DNA of 64,000 bases, from assembly GCA_040754495.1 (NCBI GenBank), contig JBFMCO010000022.1:24908-88907 (forward strand), given 5' to 3'. Source of the stretch: Candidatus Micrarchaeota archaeon. Lineage in GTDB: Archaea; Micrarchaeota; Micrarchaeia; Anstonellales; Bilamarchaeaceae. Positions 28,101-36,145 of the stretch are shown here, in pieces; positions within the stretch are counted from its first letter, which is position 1; each line of letters starts with the position of its first letter. Position numbers and translations under genes: made by a program. The notes beneath the pieces were generated by a model. It was not told the origin of the DNA, searched no databases, and saw only the letters and a list, made by a program, of their open reading frames with translations.

Positions 28101-29983
28101 AGCCTGGCGAGCTCCAGGTTGATCGTCTTCTCGCCCTCGGCACCCCTGAGGGCACGGTGGACCTTGCTCAGGCTCCGGTTCTTGAACGAGCCGGTCGGGA
28201 AGAGGACGTGCGGCGAGCCGTCCATCTTCCTTTCCTTTGCCTTCTCCGGCCTGCCCATGCGCGCTCCTATATAAGTAGGAGCCTTGGCCTTGATGCGTAT
28301 CTGGGAGGCCGCGTTCACGATTTCGAGCGCGCCCTTTGCGGCATCGTATGCCGCTTCGAAGCGGGAGAGGTCTATGCGGCCATCCGAAAGCGCCCCCAGC
28401 GAAGAGAGGAGCGCGTACGCGTCGTCGCCGTCAAGGATGACATTCCCGTCGTGCACCCTGTGCTCCGCGAGGAGCTCCTCCAGGGCCCTTTTCGCAGGCG
28501 ATGGCGGAAGGACGAGCGAGCGGAGCCTGCCATCGTGCATCTCCAGCTTCCCGCCCTTGAGCCAGTCCGCCAGGGATTTGAGCTGGTCCGGCGACAGGTC
28601 GTGCCAGTGGAATGTGTAGCGCGGATGTAGAGGCACGCCATGCGTCCGCGAGAATGCAAAAAGCCCCGGCGCGTCCATGGCGGCAGGAGGCTGGACTCCC
28701 TTGGATTCGAGCTCGCGCTCCCACCACTCTTCGCAGTAGCCGGATGGCATGAGGGGGTGGTTGGACTTGTGGAAATCGCCGTACGTGCAGAGCAGGTCGC
28801 CCAGGAAAAGGATTTCTTCCACCTCGTCCTTGATGCCGTACGACTCCTCCAGCGTCCGCACCTTCATCACGCGCCCGCTTTTGAGCTTCACGACCGGCGG
28901 CTCGAGCCCCTCGTGCGCCGCGACCACGCAGCCCTTCCCGGGGCGCTCTATCTTCATGTGAGTCCCGTAGGCCAGGAAGTTGTCGAGCAGTATCATCGTG
29001 GCAGGATGGACGTCCTTGCCCATGAGGCAGGTGGTCTTGCTCCTGCCGTAGCGCAACCGGAACCCGCCCTTGGCCGAAGGGTGGCTGAAGACCGGCCTCC
29101 CCGCTACAAGCCCTTCCATGTAGGTCCAGTCCGGCTTCACCTCGACCTTGTCCGCCTTTTTCTTTATCTTGATGATTTTCTCGAGCCAGTCCCAGCCCAG
29201 CTTGAGCTTCTTGGCGTATTTGAGGAGCTTGGCGGCCTTCGCTGCCACGCCCTCGCACATGACGAGGGGCACGCCGCCGCGCACGCGGTCCGTCTCCACT
29301 CCCGGCACCCCGCGGTAGGTCGAGACCTCGATTTCCTCGGTCGGGTCGCCGTCTATGCAGACCGGGCAGTTGGATGCTATCACGCGCACGTCGTCCTCCG
29401 GCGGCATGTACTGGAGGTGGGTTACGCGCGTCTCGTATGTCGTTACCTCCTCGTAGTATCTTGCAATCTGGGAGTCCGTGGCGCGGTAGTCCCCCACGCT
29501 GCATACGCGGCGCGCGATGTCGGCAAGCACCAGGCTGAGGGCGGCCGCAGTGCCTCCTGCGCTCCGGATGGGGCCCGCATAATAGACCGCCACGTAGTCG
29601 CTCCCGTCCGGGTTGCGCTTTATCCTCACTTTCGCTATGCCCTCGGTCGGGGCGACCAGGACGCCCTCGGTGAGTATGCCGAGGCCCGTCCTCACCGCCT
29701 GTTCGATGAGAAGCTCCTTGGACGCCTTCATCAGCTCGCCGCCGGCGATTTTGCGTGCGATTTCGAACGCGATGTCCTCGCGGCCCATGCCACCTTTTTC
29801 CATGTCCCGGATGAGATCTGCCACTCCGGGGGGGCCGACGATACCCTCCACGCGGGCGGCGATGTCCTTGGCTATCTTGACTTCTATGTCGTCGCTCGGG
29901 TCATAGCCGAGCCTCCTTGCCTCTGAGGCGACGGCGTATGCCTTCTGCAGCCCCTCGCGGAGCGTCTCCACATACTCTCCCAT
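25103..29983 (-). CDS. polC: DNA polymerase D large subunit DP2 with intein
   Basis: GPIRSAGGT, FRLRYGRS, YIGARMGRPEKA, FRDGTSRFD, HTAKRRN|intein|CDGDED and the C-terminal Zn-finger FSRQTFRC motifs. Confidence 0.98.
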   Translation of the reverse strand: MGEYVETLREGLQKAYAVASEARRLGYDPSDDIEVKIAKDIAARVEGIVGPPGVADLIRDMEKGGMGREDIAFEIARKIAGGELMKASKELLIEQAVRTGLGILTEGVLVAPTEGIAKVRIKRNPDGSDYVAVYYAGPIRSAGGTAAALSLVLADIARRVCSVGDYRATDSQIARYYEEVTTYETRVTHLQYMPPEDDVRVIASNCPVCIDGDPTEEIEVSTYRGVPGVETDRVRGGVPLVMCEGVAAKAAKLLKYAKKLKLGWDWLEKIIKIKKKADKVEVKPDWTYMEGLVAGRPVFSHPSAKGGFRLRYGRSKTTCLMGKDVHPATMILLDNFLAYGTHMKIERPGKGCVVAAHEGLEPPVVKLKSGRVMKVRTLEESYGIKDEVEEILFLGDLLCTYGDFHKSNHPLMPSGYCEEWWERELESKGVQPPAAMDAPGLFAFSRTHGVPLHPRYTFHWHDLSPDQLKSLADWLKGGKLEMHDGRLRSLVLPPSPAKRALEELLAEHRVHDGNVILDGDDAYALLSSLGALSDGRIDLSRFEAAYDAAKGALEIVNAASQIRIKAKAPTYIGARMGRPEKAKERKMDGSPHVLFPTGSFKNRSLSKVHRALRGAEGEKTINLELARLRCEKCRRLGYYRRCDVCGGRAAEERICQKCGRICEYEIHCEMKTLSYDRRPVDIMELFERVKDRVGSSPEDVKGVKGLSNTIRIPERLEKGFLRAKHDVYVFRDGTSRFDATDIPLTHFTPDEVGISLDRARALGYAVDYLGKPLESGSQTLALRHQDIVLSENGAAYFMRVADFIDDMLINLYGMKPFYNVKSKDDLIGHLAVGLSPHTSAGVLCRIVGFNKANVGYGHPYFHTAKRRNCFHPATEIIIFDEHEKKYIKRALGDVTEEMFAKYPDRVKRLDAYTEKVEVPGTLYSFGIDLQSHKTIRKKIKCFIRAKAPDKWIKLTTTTHREITVTPDHNILCLNKGALSAVQAKDMTEGSDLPVCIKFNPHTIDDSRVLNLAKALSPLKKEEKEAIILRSKDFFKKIFYNHRDLLLRILPLNKIERRTPSRWYGRVPLSHFEILVEEGVCNFEDLPMDAKIAMKRDNLGLPVRIPIDEDLMLILGYFVSEGYARRSPSCYQVSFRVCNKIMQNRLIAAIKSVFMTNPYLGENGTQITMCSRIIHLLFDKVLKTGSNAYTKRVPNLVFSLPDRLVKSFISAYFDGDGSVIATPPRMHFYSVSQNLLEDFGTLLLRFGIFCRYGKTKPRLPGKKVLERYKELGKTPRLLSQRFISLYGTDLYAFANICAPSVKHKAERMSELRRNGLSSDARFIKYQNKLFTVVPQSDYIFDKVRSIEKFTDGVPAYCLDVEGQSLEEKNVLLNNQVFTIRCDGDEDCVMLLMDALINFSRRFLDEKRGGTMDAPLVLSIEINPKEVDDEAHCIEIVSRYPLEFYEAAERFAPPGEVKLKTVKDVLGTDEQYELPITHPGGTLDVGNIRTAYVELQSIPDKIDIQFRLQGRLRPVDRRDAAERLILSHFIPDLYGNLRSFSRQTFRCVSCNTIFRRVPLAGKCARCGGNLLLTINKGGIEKYLEISRDICDRYDLPSYLKQRLVLVEREIKSIFEDDKVKQMGLSDFL
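25847..27379 (-). mobile_element. LAGLIDADG homing-endonuclease intein (511 aa) in the DP2 KRRN/CDGDED site; ends in Arg
   Basis: Begins CFHPATE after KRRN. Block B ITVTPDH; LAGLIDADG motifs LGYFVSEG and ISAYFDGDG. Ends YCLDVE...NNQVFTIR before CDGDED. Visibly AT-richer than the host gene. Confidence 0.93.
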
Positions 29984-30070
29984 CAGTCCGCCCTGGAAAA
30001 TTCGAATACCAATTTAAACATGAGCAAATTAAATAACTCTGCTCTTCCGGCAGAGGCCGGAGGCTCTTTC

Positions 30071-30285
30071 GCCGAGGTAGCTCAGTCGGCTAGAGTGCTC
30101 GACTCATAGGTAAAGTCCGATGAGTGATGAGGTCTGAGACCGATGATATTAGCGCACTCAACTGAGACATCGAGAGGTCGGGGATTCGAAACGGTCTCCT
30201 GCAGCCCGCATCCGGCATCCAGAACCCGAAACGGCTGGTTGCTGGCGACTGGTTGCTGGAAACCGCGAACCTTCCCCCCTCGGCA
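30071..30285 (+). tRNA. tRNA-Met(CAU), elongator, with two introns: 37/38 (30109-30168) and 59/60 (30191-30271)
   Basis: Acceptor GCCGAGG/CCTCGGC+A; anticodon stem CTCGA/TCGAG; T-stem GGGGA/TCCCC. Both introns have BHB geometry (central helices CTCA/TGAG and TTCG/CGAA). Confidence 0.9.
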
Positions 30286-30295
30286 TTTTTCCACT

Positions 30296-30323
30296 GGTTT
30301 ACAGTTTCCGGTCCCGGGTTTTC
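30296..30323. repeat. 7-nt periodic repeat array
   Basis: GGTTTAC AGTTTCC GGTCCCG GGTTTTC just downstream of tRNA-Met. Confidence 0.6.
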
Positions 30324-30430
30324 ACTTGGGAAAAATGCCGGCCCTTGGAGCCGCAGCTCCAAGCGGACGGCAAGCAAAACATATATACGCTTTTTCTCCG
30401 ATTGACATCCCGCGACCAAAAGGTGAGACT

Positions 30431-30670
30431 ATGGAACTTCGGAAATGCGAAAGCTGCGGCATGGCTATGGTAAGGCTCTCTGACTTCGGCGGCATGAAGA
30501 ACGACAACAGGTACTGCAAGCACTGCGCTTACGACAACGGCGACCTGCGCCCCAGGCACGAGGTGCGCGAGGGGATGATACTCTACTACATGAAGACCAA
30601 GGGGAAGGACCGCAGGAGCGCGGAGGAGTACGTTGACGAAGTGATGGCCGGCCAGCCCGCCTGGCAGTAG
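30431..30670 (+). CDS. Putative zinc-ribbon domain protein
   Basis: CESCGM...YCKHC motif followed by a helical tail. Confidence 0.8.
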   Translation: MELRKCESCGMAMVRLSDFGGMKNDNRYCKHCAYDNGDLRPRHEVREGMILYYMKTKGKDRRSAEEYVDEVMAGQPAWQ

Positions 30671-30759
30671 TGGCAGAGAGAAAAGTTTTCTGTCGCAAGG
30701 ATTCCGGCGTGAAAACAACCATTTATAATTTGTTGATGCGTTTAGCGTAAGGGATTCCC

Positions 30760-30933
30760 ATGACAGACGAAATCAAATTCCCGGCTCCTGAGGGCGGATT
30801 GGCCGTGCCGGCCGAGGTGCTTTCGGAAGCCCAGAAAATAAAGAAAGGCATCTGCCCTTCGTGCGACGGCAGCCTCGTCTTCCAGGAAGGCTGCAAGGTC
30901 TGCTATTCCTGCGGCTGGGGCGGCTGCGAGTAA
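30760..30933 (+). CDS. 57-aa stand-alone zinc ribbon resembling the class II RNR (NrdJ) C-terminus
   Basis: Hand translation gives ...CPSCDGSLVFQEGCKVCYSCGWGGCE*; below the ORF-track length cutoff. Confidence 0.8.
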   Translation: MTDEIKFPAPEGGLAVPAEVLSEAQKIKKGICPSCDGSLVFQEGCKVCYSCGWGGCE

Positions 30934-30997
30934 TTCTTGAAAAATCCCTTCGGGATTTTTATTGTTTTCCCTGCTATCCAGTTCCGATGGTGATTGC

Positions 30998-31291
30998 ATG
31001 GGGCTCAAGGAACTGAAGCCGGACATAGTGAAGGCGTATTTCGATTTCAGCAAGCTCGTCGACAAGACTGACAAGCTCAGCCAGAAGGAGAAGGAGCTGA
31101 TAGCGGTCGGCGTCTCGCATGCACTGCTTTGCAGCTTCTGCATAGAGGACCATGTGCAGAAGGCCAGGGTAGCTGGCGCGACTGAAGAGGAGATTGCCGA
31201 GGCGATACTGGTAGCCGCGAAGGTAAGGGCAGGCTCCGCGCTTACATACGCCCAGAAATATGCCTTCAGGAACGAGCCGCCCAAAGGCTAA
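30998..31291 (+). CDS. Carboxymuconolactone decarboxylase / AhpD-like protein
   Basis: KEKELIAVGVS...CSFCIEDH...GATEEEIAEAI motif. Confidence 0.9.
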   Translation: MGLKELKPDIVKAYFDFSKLVDKTDKLSQKEKELIAVGVSHALLCSFCIEDHVQKARVAGATEEEIAEAILVAAKVRAGSALTYAQKYAFRNEPPKG

Positions 31292-31321
31292 TTAATCCCT
31301 TTTACCAAGTATTTTTTCATT

Positions 31322-31490
31322 GGGCTCGTAGCTCAGCATCTTGAGGGAAAAGCGCCTAACAATGGGTTTTGGCCCAGCTTTTCCCAAAAGCTGGAAGCAG
31401 AGCACTCGCCTTGCAGTTTCCTCGAAACCGGAAACGGGAAACAGGAGACCGGAACGCGAGGGGCCGGGGGTGCGAGTCCCCCCGAGTCCA
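31322..31490 (+). tRNA. tRNA-Ala(UGC) with a 37/38 intron (31416-31454) and ~56 nt of D-loop intron sequence (within 31338-31398)
   Basis: Acceptor GGGCTCG/CGAGTCC+A with G3-U70; D-stem GCTC/GAGC; anticodon stem CTCGC/GCGAG; TGC at 31412-31414; T-stem GGGGG/CCCCC. Confidence 0.85.
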
Positions 31491-31560
31491 TTTTCTCATT
31501 TTGAACCATATGGAAACACTTAAAAAGCGTAATATACACAATACCCCTAGAGTGGTACTT

Positions 31561-32262
31561 ATGAAGCTTGTTCACGAGCAGGACCGCAAGAAGGACGAGG
31601 ACAAGGGCATCCCGAAGGGGAAGGCGCCGCTTCTCGAGGAGATAGGCGGCACCGGGGGATTTTCCAGGAAGGGCTTTGTTCTGGCGGCAGCCGCTGCAGC
31701 CATTATCGCGGGCAAGTCCGGCTGCACTTACGAAATCGGCGGCGTGCCCGTCCCTGAAGAGGAGGACGGGGGCAACGATGCCGGAGGGGCGGATGCCGAT
31801 GTAGACGGAGGCGAGGTCACCGACGGCGGGCATGACGAGGACGCGGGCATGGACGGCGGTCCGGACGCGGATGTCGACGGCGGAGAGACGGATGGCGGCG
31901 TCACGGACGGCGGAGAGACCGACGGTGGCGTAGAAGACGGCGGGACCGATGGCGGCGCTGATGCCGGCGGCCCGCTCTGCGCGGGAGTATACAACGAAGT
32001 TGTCGTCAACGGACCTTTCGACAGGAACGTTGATACGGAAGTCGGCGGGTACTACTTCAGATACCTGTCCTACACGACGACCACGGTCACGATGGACATC
32101 CGCTGCGGCTCGGACAGCTCGTTGGTCGAGGCCGCCCATGTGTTCACTGTCGGCGTGGAGGGCACGATAAACGTCCCTGCCGACAGCAAGAGGATACGCG
32201 TCACCGTGAACAGCAAGAACACGTTCACCGCGAACTGCGATGTAACGGTGGAGAACCTGTAG
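31561..32262 (+). CDS. DGG-repeat lipoprotein-like surface protein (family B, copy 1)
   Basis: Charged N-terminus, hydrophobic stretch ending in G-C, acidic DGG/DAG repeats, and a conserved ~95-aa C-terminal domain (GPLCxGVYNE...KRIRVT...VTVENL). Confidence 0.85.
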   Translation: MKLVHEQDRKKDEDKGIPKGKAPLLEEIGGTGGFSRKGFVLAAAAAAIIAGKSGCTYEIGGVPVPEEEDGGNDAGGADADVDGGEVTDGGHDEDAGMDGGPDADVDGGETDGGVTDGGETDGGVEDGGTDGGADAGGPLCAGVYNEVVVNGPFDRNVDTEVGGYYFRYLSYTTTTVTMDIRCGSDSSLVEAAHVFTVGVEGTINVPADSKRIRVTVNSKNTFTANCDVTVENL

Positions 32263-32271
32263 GGTGATTTA

Positions 32272-32865
32272 TTGAGATTGCAGCCCCGGAATGAGGAACA
32301 CAAGGAAGAAAAGAAGGAAGGATTCGCGAGAGAGCCCCTTCTCGAGAGGGCAGGGAAGAAGGCGGGAATAGCCCTCCTCGCAGCCGGACTTGCCGCAGGC
32401 TGCACGTATCAGAGCAGCAGCCTCCCCAGTGGTGATGGCGGAACTGACGCCCACCAGGATGCCGGCATGGACGGCGGCGCCGATGCAGGACCGGACCTCG
32501 ATGCGGGACCGGATTCCGGTCTTCCGGATGCGGGAACGGATGCAGGTTTCGATGCCGGCACGGACGGCGGAGGGCCGCTGTGCGTAGGCGTCTTCAACGA
32601 GGCAGTGGTCAATGGGGCCTTCGACAAGAACGTGCCGAGGGCCGTGGGCGGATACAGCTTCAATTACACGGCTTACACCACGAGCACAATCACCATGGAC
32701 ATCCGCTGCGGCTCGGACAGCTCGGGCGTAGCGCTCGGCCAGGTCTTCACTGTCGGAGTCGAGGCCGTAATAGACGTCCCTGCCGACAGCAAGAGGATAC
32801 GCGTCACCGTGAACAGCAAGAACACGTTCACCGCGAACTGCGATGTGACCGTGGAAAACCTCTAG
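32272..32865 (+). CDS. DGG-repeat lipoprotein-like surface protein (family B, copy 2)
   Basis: LLAAGLAAG-C, DAG repeats and the same C-terminal domain; 73-nt block identical to copy 1. Confidence 0.85.
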   Translation: MRLQPRNEEHKEEKKEGFAREPLLERAGKKAGIALLAAGLAAGCTYQSSSLPSGDGGTDAHQDAGMDGGADAGPDLDAGPDSGLPDAGTDAGFDAGTDGGGPLCVGVFNEAVVNGAFDKNVPRAVGGYSFNYTAYTTSTITMDIRCGSDSSGVALGQVFTVGVEAVIDVPADSKRIRVTVNSKNTFTANCDVTVENL

Positions 32866-32975
32866 CCTACCCTTATCCCTTTATTCTTATCGCTCCATGC
32901 TTCTTATGCGGTCATGATGAGAAGAGGTATTCCTGAATGATGATGGGACGTCAGAGCTGAACCGCACAGATTTCC

Positions 32976-33500
32976 ATGGAGAAGAAGGCAGAGGGGATTG
33001 TAGAGATCGTTTCGGCAGCAGCCATCGCCGGAGCTGTCCTTTATTTCTCGAGCGACATATCGGCCCTCGGCTCCTATGGGTATGCCGGGGCATTCCTCAT
33101 AGCGATGCTCAGTTCGGCCACGATAATATTCCCTGCGCCAGGCTGGGCTGCGGTGGTGGCCCTCAGCGGCACCCTGGACCCCCTTCTTCTTGGCATAGTG
33201 GTGGGGGCGGGCTCCGCCATCGGCGAGATTACGGGCTACCTTGCCGGCGACGGCGTGCGGGACATCATGAACAGCCGGCTGAAGGAGGCCAGGAAGTTCG
33301 AGGATTTCGTGAAAAAATACGGAATCATGGCGATAGCCGTGCTAGCGTTCATACCCAACCCCCTATTCGACATAGCCGGGATTATAGCAGGCGGGCTGAG
33401 GATACCGTGGTGGAAGTACCTACTCTCATGCGCTGCAGGCCGGATAATCAGGTATGTGCTCCTTGCTTACATCGGGGCGTTCACGATAGGCCTGCTCTAG
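32976..33500 (+). CDS. VTT/DedA (SNARE-associated) family membrane protein
   Basis: IIFPAPG, GSAIGEITGYLAG and FIPNPLFDIAGIIAG motifs. Confidence 0.85.
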   Translation: MEKKAEGIVEIVSAAAIAGAVLYFSSDISALGSYGYAGAFLIAMLSSATIIFPAPGWAAVVALSGTLDPLLLGIVVGAGSAIGEITGYLAGDGVRDIMNSRLKEARKFEDFVKKYGIMAIAVLAFIPNPLFDIAGIIAGGLRIPWWKYLLSCAAGRIIRYVLLAYIGAFTIGLL

Positions 33501-33620
33501 CCTGATGGGAACGTATATAAAGAGGGAAAAACATAATTATCTGCTTAAAAAAGGGACAAAGTTCGCAAGAAATCTGTTTCTGCGGCCCTTTTTGATACAA
33601 AATTACAGGGAGGTGGGGAG

Positions 33621-34076
33621 ATGAAGATGGGGGCAATAGACCTGGATATCCTGCGGGAGCTGCGCGAGAACTCAGACAGGCCGGTGCGGGAGCTTGCCAA
33701 GAAGATGGGATTGCACCCGAACACCCTGCTGCAGCACATAAGGAAGATGGAGAGCAGCGGCATCATCGTGAAGTATACGGCAGAGATAGACTACACCAAG
33801 CTCGGCTACGACCTGCAGGCTCTTGTGATGATAAAGGTCGGCAAGGAGGTCCGGAGCGACTGGAAGGTTCTCGATGAGCTGCGCGCGTTCAAGGACGTCT
33901 CGGCGCTCTATGCGATAACCGGGGGCTACGACCTTTGCGCCATCGTGAAGACGAAGAACAGGGAAACGCTCGCAAACCTGCTCTCCGAGATAAACAAGAG
34001 GCCGTACGTGGTCGAGACGAACACGACGCTCATGCTCCACGCTTTCAAGCACGCGTACGAGTTCAACCCGCTCTGA
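33621..34076 (+). CDS. Lrp/AsnC family transcriptional regulator
   Basis: DLDILRELRENS HTH, LESSGII-type segment, ITGGYDL. Confidence 0.92.
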   Translation: MKMGAIDLDILRELRENSDRPVRELAKKMGLHPNTLLQHIRKMESSGIIVKYTAEIDYTKLGYDLQALVMIKVGKEVRSDWKVLDELRAFKDVSALYAITGGYDLCAIVKTKNRETLANLLSEINKRPYVVETNTTLMLHAFKHAYEFNPL

Positions 34077-34079
34077 GGC

Positions 34080-35015
34080 TCAGTCCTTGTGGAATACCAT
34101 GCCATACATGTCATGGTATTCGTCTATCCTCTTCCGCATCAGCGTGGCAGGCACATAGTGGAATCCGGTGAGCTGGAAGATGGAGCTGATTTCAGGAATC
34201 TGGAGGACGGTGACGGCGATGCGTATAAGCCTGGCCAGCTTCTGGACTTCATTGTCATCCGGATGGAGGTCCGTCCTGACGACAAGGGGCGACTCCTCGA
34301 TGGAAATGAGCCTGCCTCCAGGGGGGAGCGTGTTGAAAAGCATGCTGGCGACGTTGCATTTCTCATCCGAGCCCCTGATCCAGTGCATGACGTAAGACAG
34401 GATGGCGGTCCTTACTTCCCCGCCGTCCTCCACCTCGCGGAGGTCCTTTGCGTCCCTGCACTCGAAGCGGACACGCAAGAGCTCCAGCTCCCGCACCATC
34501 AGCTGCATTTTCCGCCCGTCGTCGGAGTCAACGATGTGGAGCGATGCGGGGTGGATGCCCGGGGATACGAAAGGCATGGACTCGATGAGCCTCTGCATCG
34601 CATTCCTCACGTTGGCCCGTGCCAGGCCGAGCATCACTTCCGACATGTCCAGCAGTATGAACTTGAGGGGGAGCTTCGGCACCTGGAGCAGGCTGTCCTG
34701 TGTGGAGAGGACTTCTGCGGACATGCTCACCATGAGGTTAGCGGAAAGGACGCCGGTGCCGCATCCCAGTTCCGCAATCGGGCCGGCCGAATGCCCTTCG
34801 GCGACATAGTTCCTGAGAATCTCGAGCGCAATCGGGTGGTGGCTTTCGCGCATCCATTCATCGTAGCGCGGCGCGAACCTTTCCGTAGCCCGGAGCACGG
34901 TTGCCAGGGTCGGCGGTTTCATGAGACGGGCGTCCGGCGAGCGGCTTATGATAAGCGGCATCGGCCTTCCTGAAGCCATAGAATTGCCGCCTGCGTCCCC
35001 TCCCATTATACCCAC
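34080..35015 (-). CDS. Class I SAM-dependent methyltransferase
   Basis: IAELGCGTG, LLDMSEVML and LPPGGRLI motifs. Confidence 0.8.
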   Translation of the reverse strand: MGIMGGDAGGNSMASGRPMPLIISRSPDARLMKPPTLATVLRATERFAPRYDEWMRESHHPIALEILRNYVAEGHSAGPIAELGCGTGVLSANLMVSMSAEVLSTQDSLLQVPKLPLKFILLDMSEVMLGLARANVRNAMQRLIESMPFVSPGIHPASLHIVDSDDGRKMQLMVRELELLRVRFECRDAKDLREVEDGGEVRTAILSYVMHWIRGSDEKCNVASMLFNTLPPGGRLISIEESPLVVRTDLHPDDNEVQKLARLIRIAVTVLQIPEISSIFQLTGFHYVPATLMRKRIDEYHDMYGMVFHKD

Positions 35016-35055
35016 AGGGATATATGTTCTACCATTTATTTAAAAAGGCTTCCGC

Positions 35056-36012
35056 TCAGGAGGGTTTCTTGAAGCAGAGGCAGCGCATCTCGCCCCAGTA
35101 ATCCGGAGGCAGGCCCGGGCCGCGGAGCACCTCGGCCAGGCGGACCACTTCCACCCGCGTCTCGGCCGCGGCCTGCATGTCGGTCTCGGCCACCCGGGCT
35201 ATCCACTTGTCCCTCACCCAGCCGGAAACATCCTCGCTCATGTCGAGCGGGCGGCTTATGAATGCCAGGAGCTTGGCGCCTTCGGAGCCGACGACGCCGT
35301 AGGGAAGGGGCAGCCATGGGTAGACGTCCATAATTATGAACCGCCCGCCGTCCCTCAGGAGGTCGAACGCATTCGTCATCACGGCCCCCCTGCTCGCCAG
35401 CGTCTGGAAAGAGCCCCACCAGAGGACTATGTCGAACATGGCCGGCTTCACCACCGGGCTTTCCCGGACGAGGCCCTCCATGGAGAGGTCGATTGACGCC
35501 ATCGTGACGGCCTTCCCGTCCGGCCTGATGAACTCCGCCAGGTTCGACCTCGCTATTAGGTTCAGCTCGGGCGACACCTCGTTGGCGAATACGCGCAGGC
35601 CCGAGTTAGCGGTGTGGAGGAGATAGCGCGACACCATCCCGGTGCCGCAGGTGGCATCAAGGATGAGTTTCGCGTGGTTGATGTCAGGCACGAGGGACCG
35701 GAGCTTCATCCAGTTGACCGCGATAGCGGTATACTGGCCCGTCAAATCCATGAAGACGTCGAGGGAGCTCCCGCCGCCCTCGTGCGGGCGGGCCAGATAC
35801 CCGCCCGTGGTAACCCGGACGGCCCCGAAGCCTCTTTCGCGCAGGACTTCATCTTCGTGCTGGCTTCCGTTTCCGAAAAGCGCGGGTGATTCTTCCACAA
35901 GCGGGGCAGCGCCGCCGCCTGCGCGGCGCAGGCCGGAGATGGGGACGCTCCGCTCGCCCTGGACTACGAACACGCGCTGGGGCTTCCTGAAACGTTCCGG
36001 CATATCACCCAC
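35056..36012 (-). CDS. Class I SAM-dependent methyltransferase
   Basis: ILDATCGTG, FDIVL and LRDGGRFIIMD motifs. Confidence 0.8.
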   Translation of the reverse strand: MGDMPERFRKPQRVFVVQGERSVPISGLRRAGGGAAPLVEESPALFGNGSQHEDEVLRERGFGAVRVTTGGYLARPHEGGGSSLDVFMDLTGQYTAIAVNWMKLRSLVPDINHAKLILDATCGTGMVSRYLLHTANSGLRVFANEVSPELNLIARSNLAEFIRPDGKAVTMASIDLSMEGLVRESPVVKPAMFDIVLWWGSFQTLASRGAVMTNAFDLLRDGGRFIIMDVYPWLPLPYGVVGSEGAKLLAFISRPLDMSEDVSGWVRDKWIARVAETDMQAAAETRVEVVRLAEVLRGPGLPPDYWGEMRCLCFKKPS

Positions 36013-36082
36013 TCGGGACTTTATTAGACTGGAAAGGTATTTAAGTTATTATATATGTCGCGTCTTGGATAATAACGCGTTG

Positions 36083-36145
36083 CACCCGGAAAACAGAACT
36101 CGGGCCCGGGGCACTGAACCGGAAACCGGCTGCCGGGGGCTGGAT
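36083..36145. repeat. 7-nt periodic repeat array (GGAAACN family)
   Basis: GCACCCG GAAAACA GAACTCG ... GAACCG GAAACCG GCTGCCG. Confidence 0.65.

Noticed and set aside
30071-30285. tRNA pseudogene, or tRNA-Ile2(CAU)
   Set aside because: The 3' end is intact beyond a BHB intron. The GCCGAGG acceptor and 37/38 intron fit elongator Met better.
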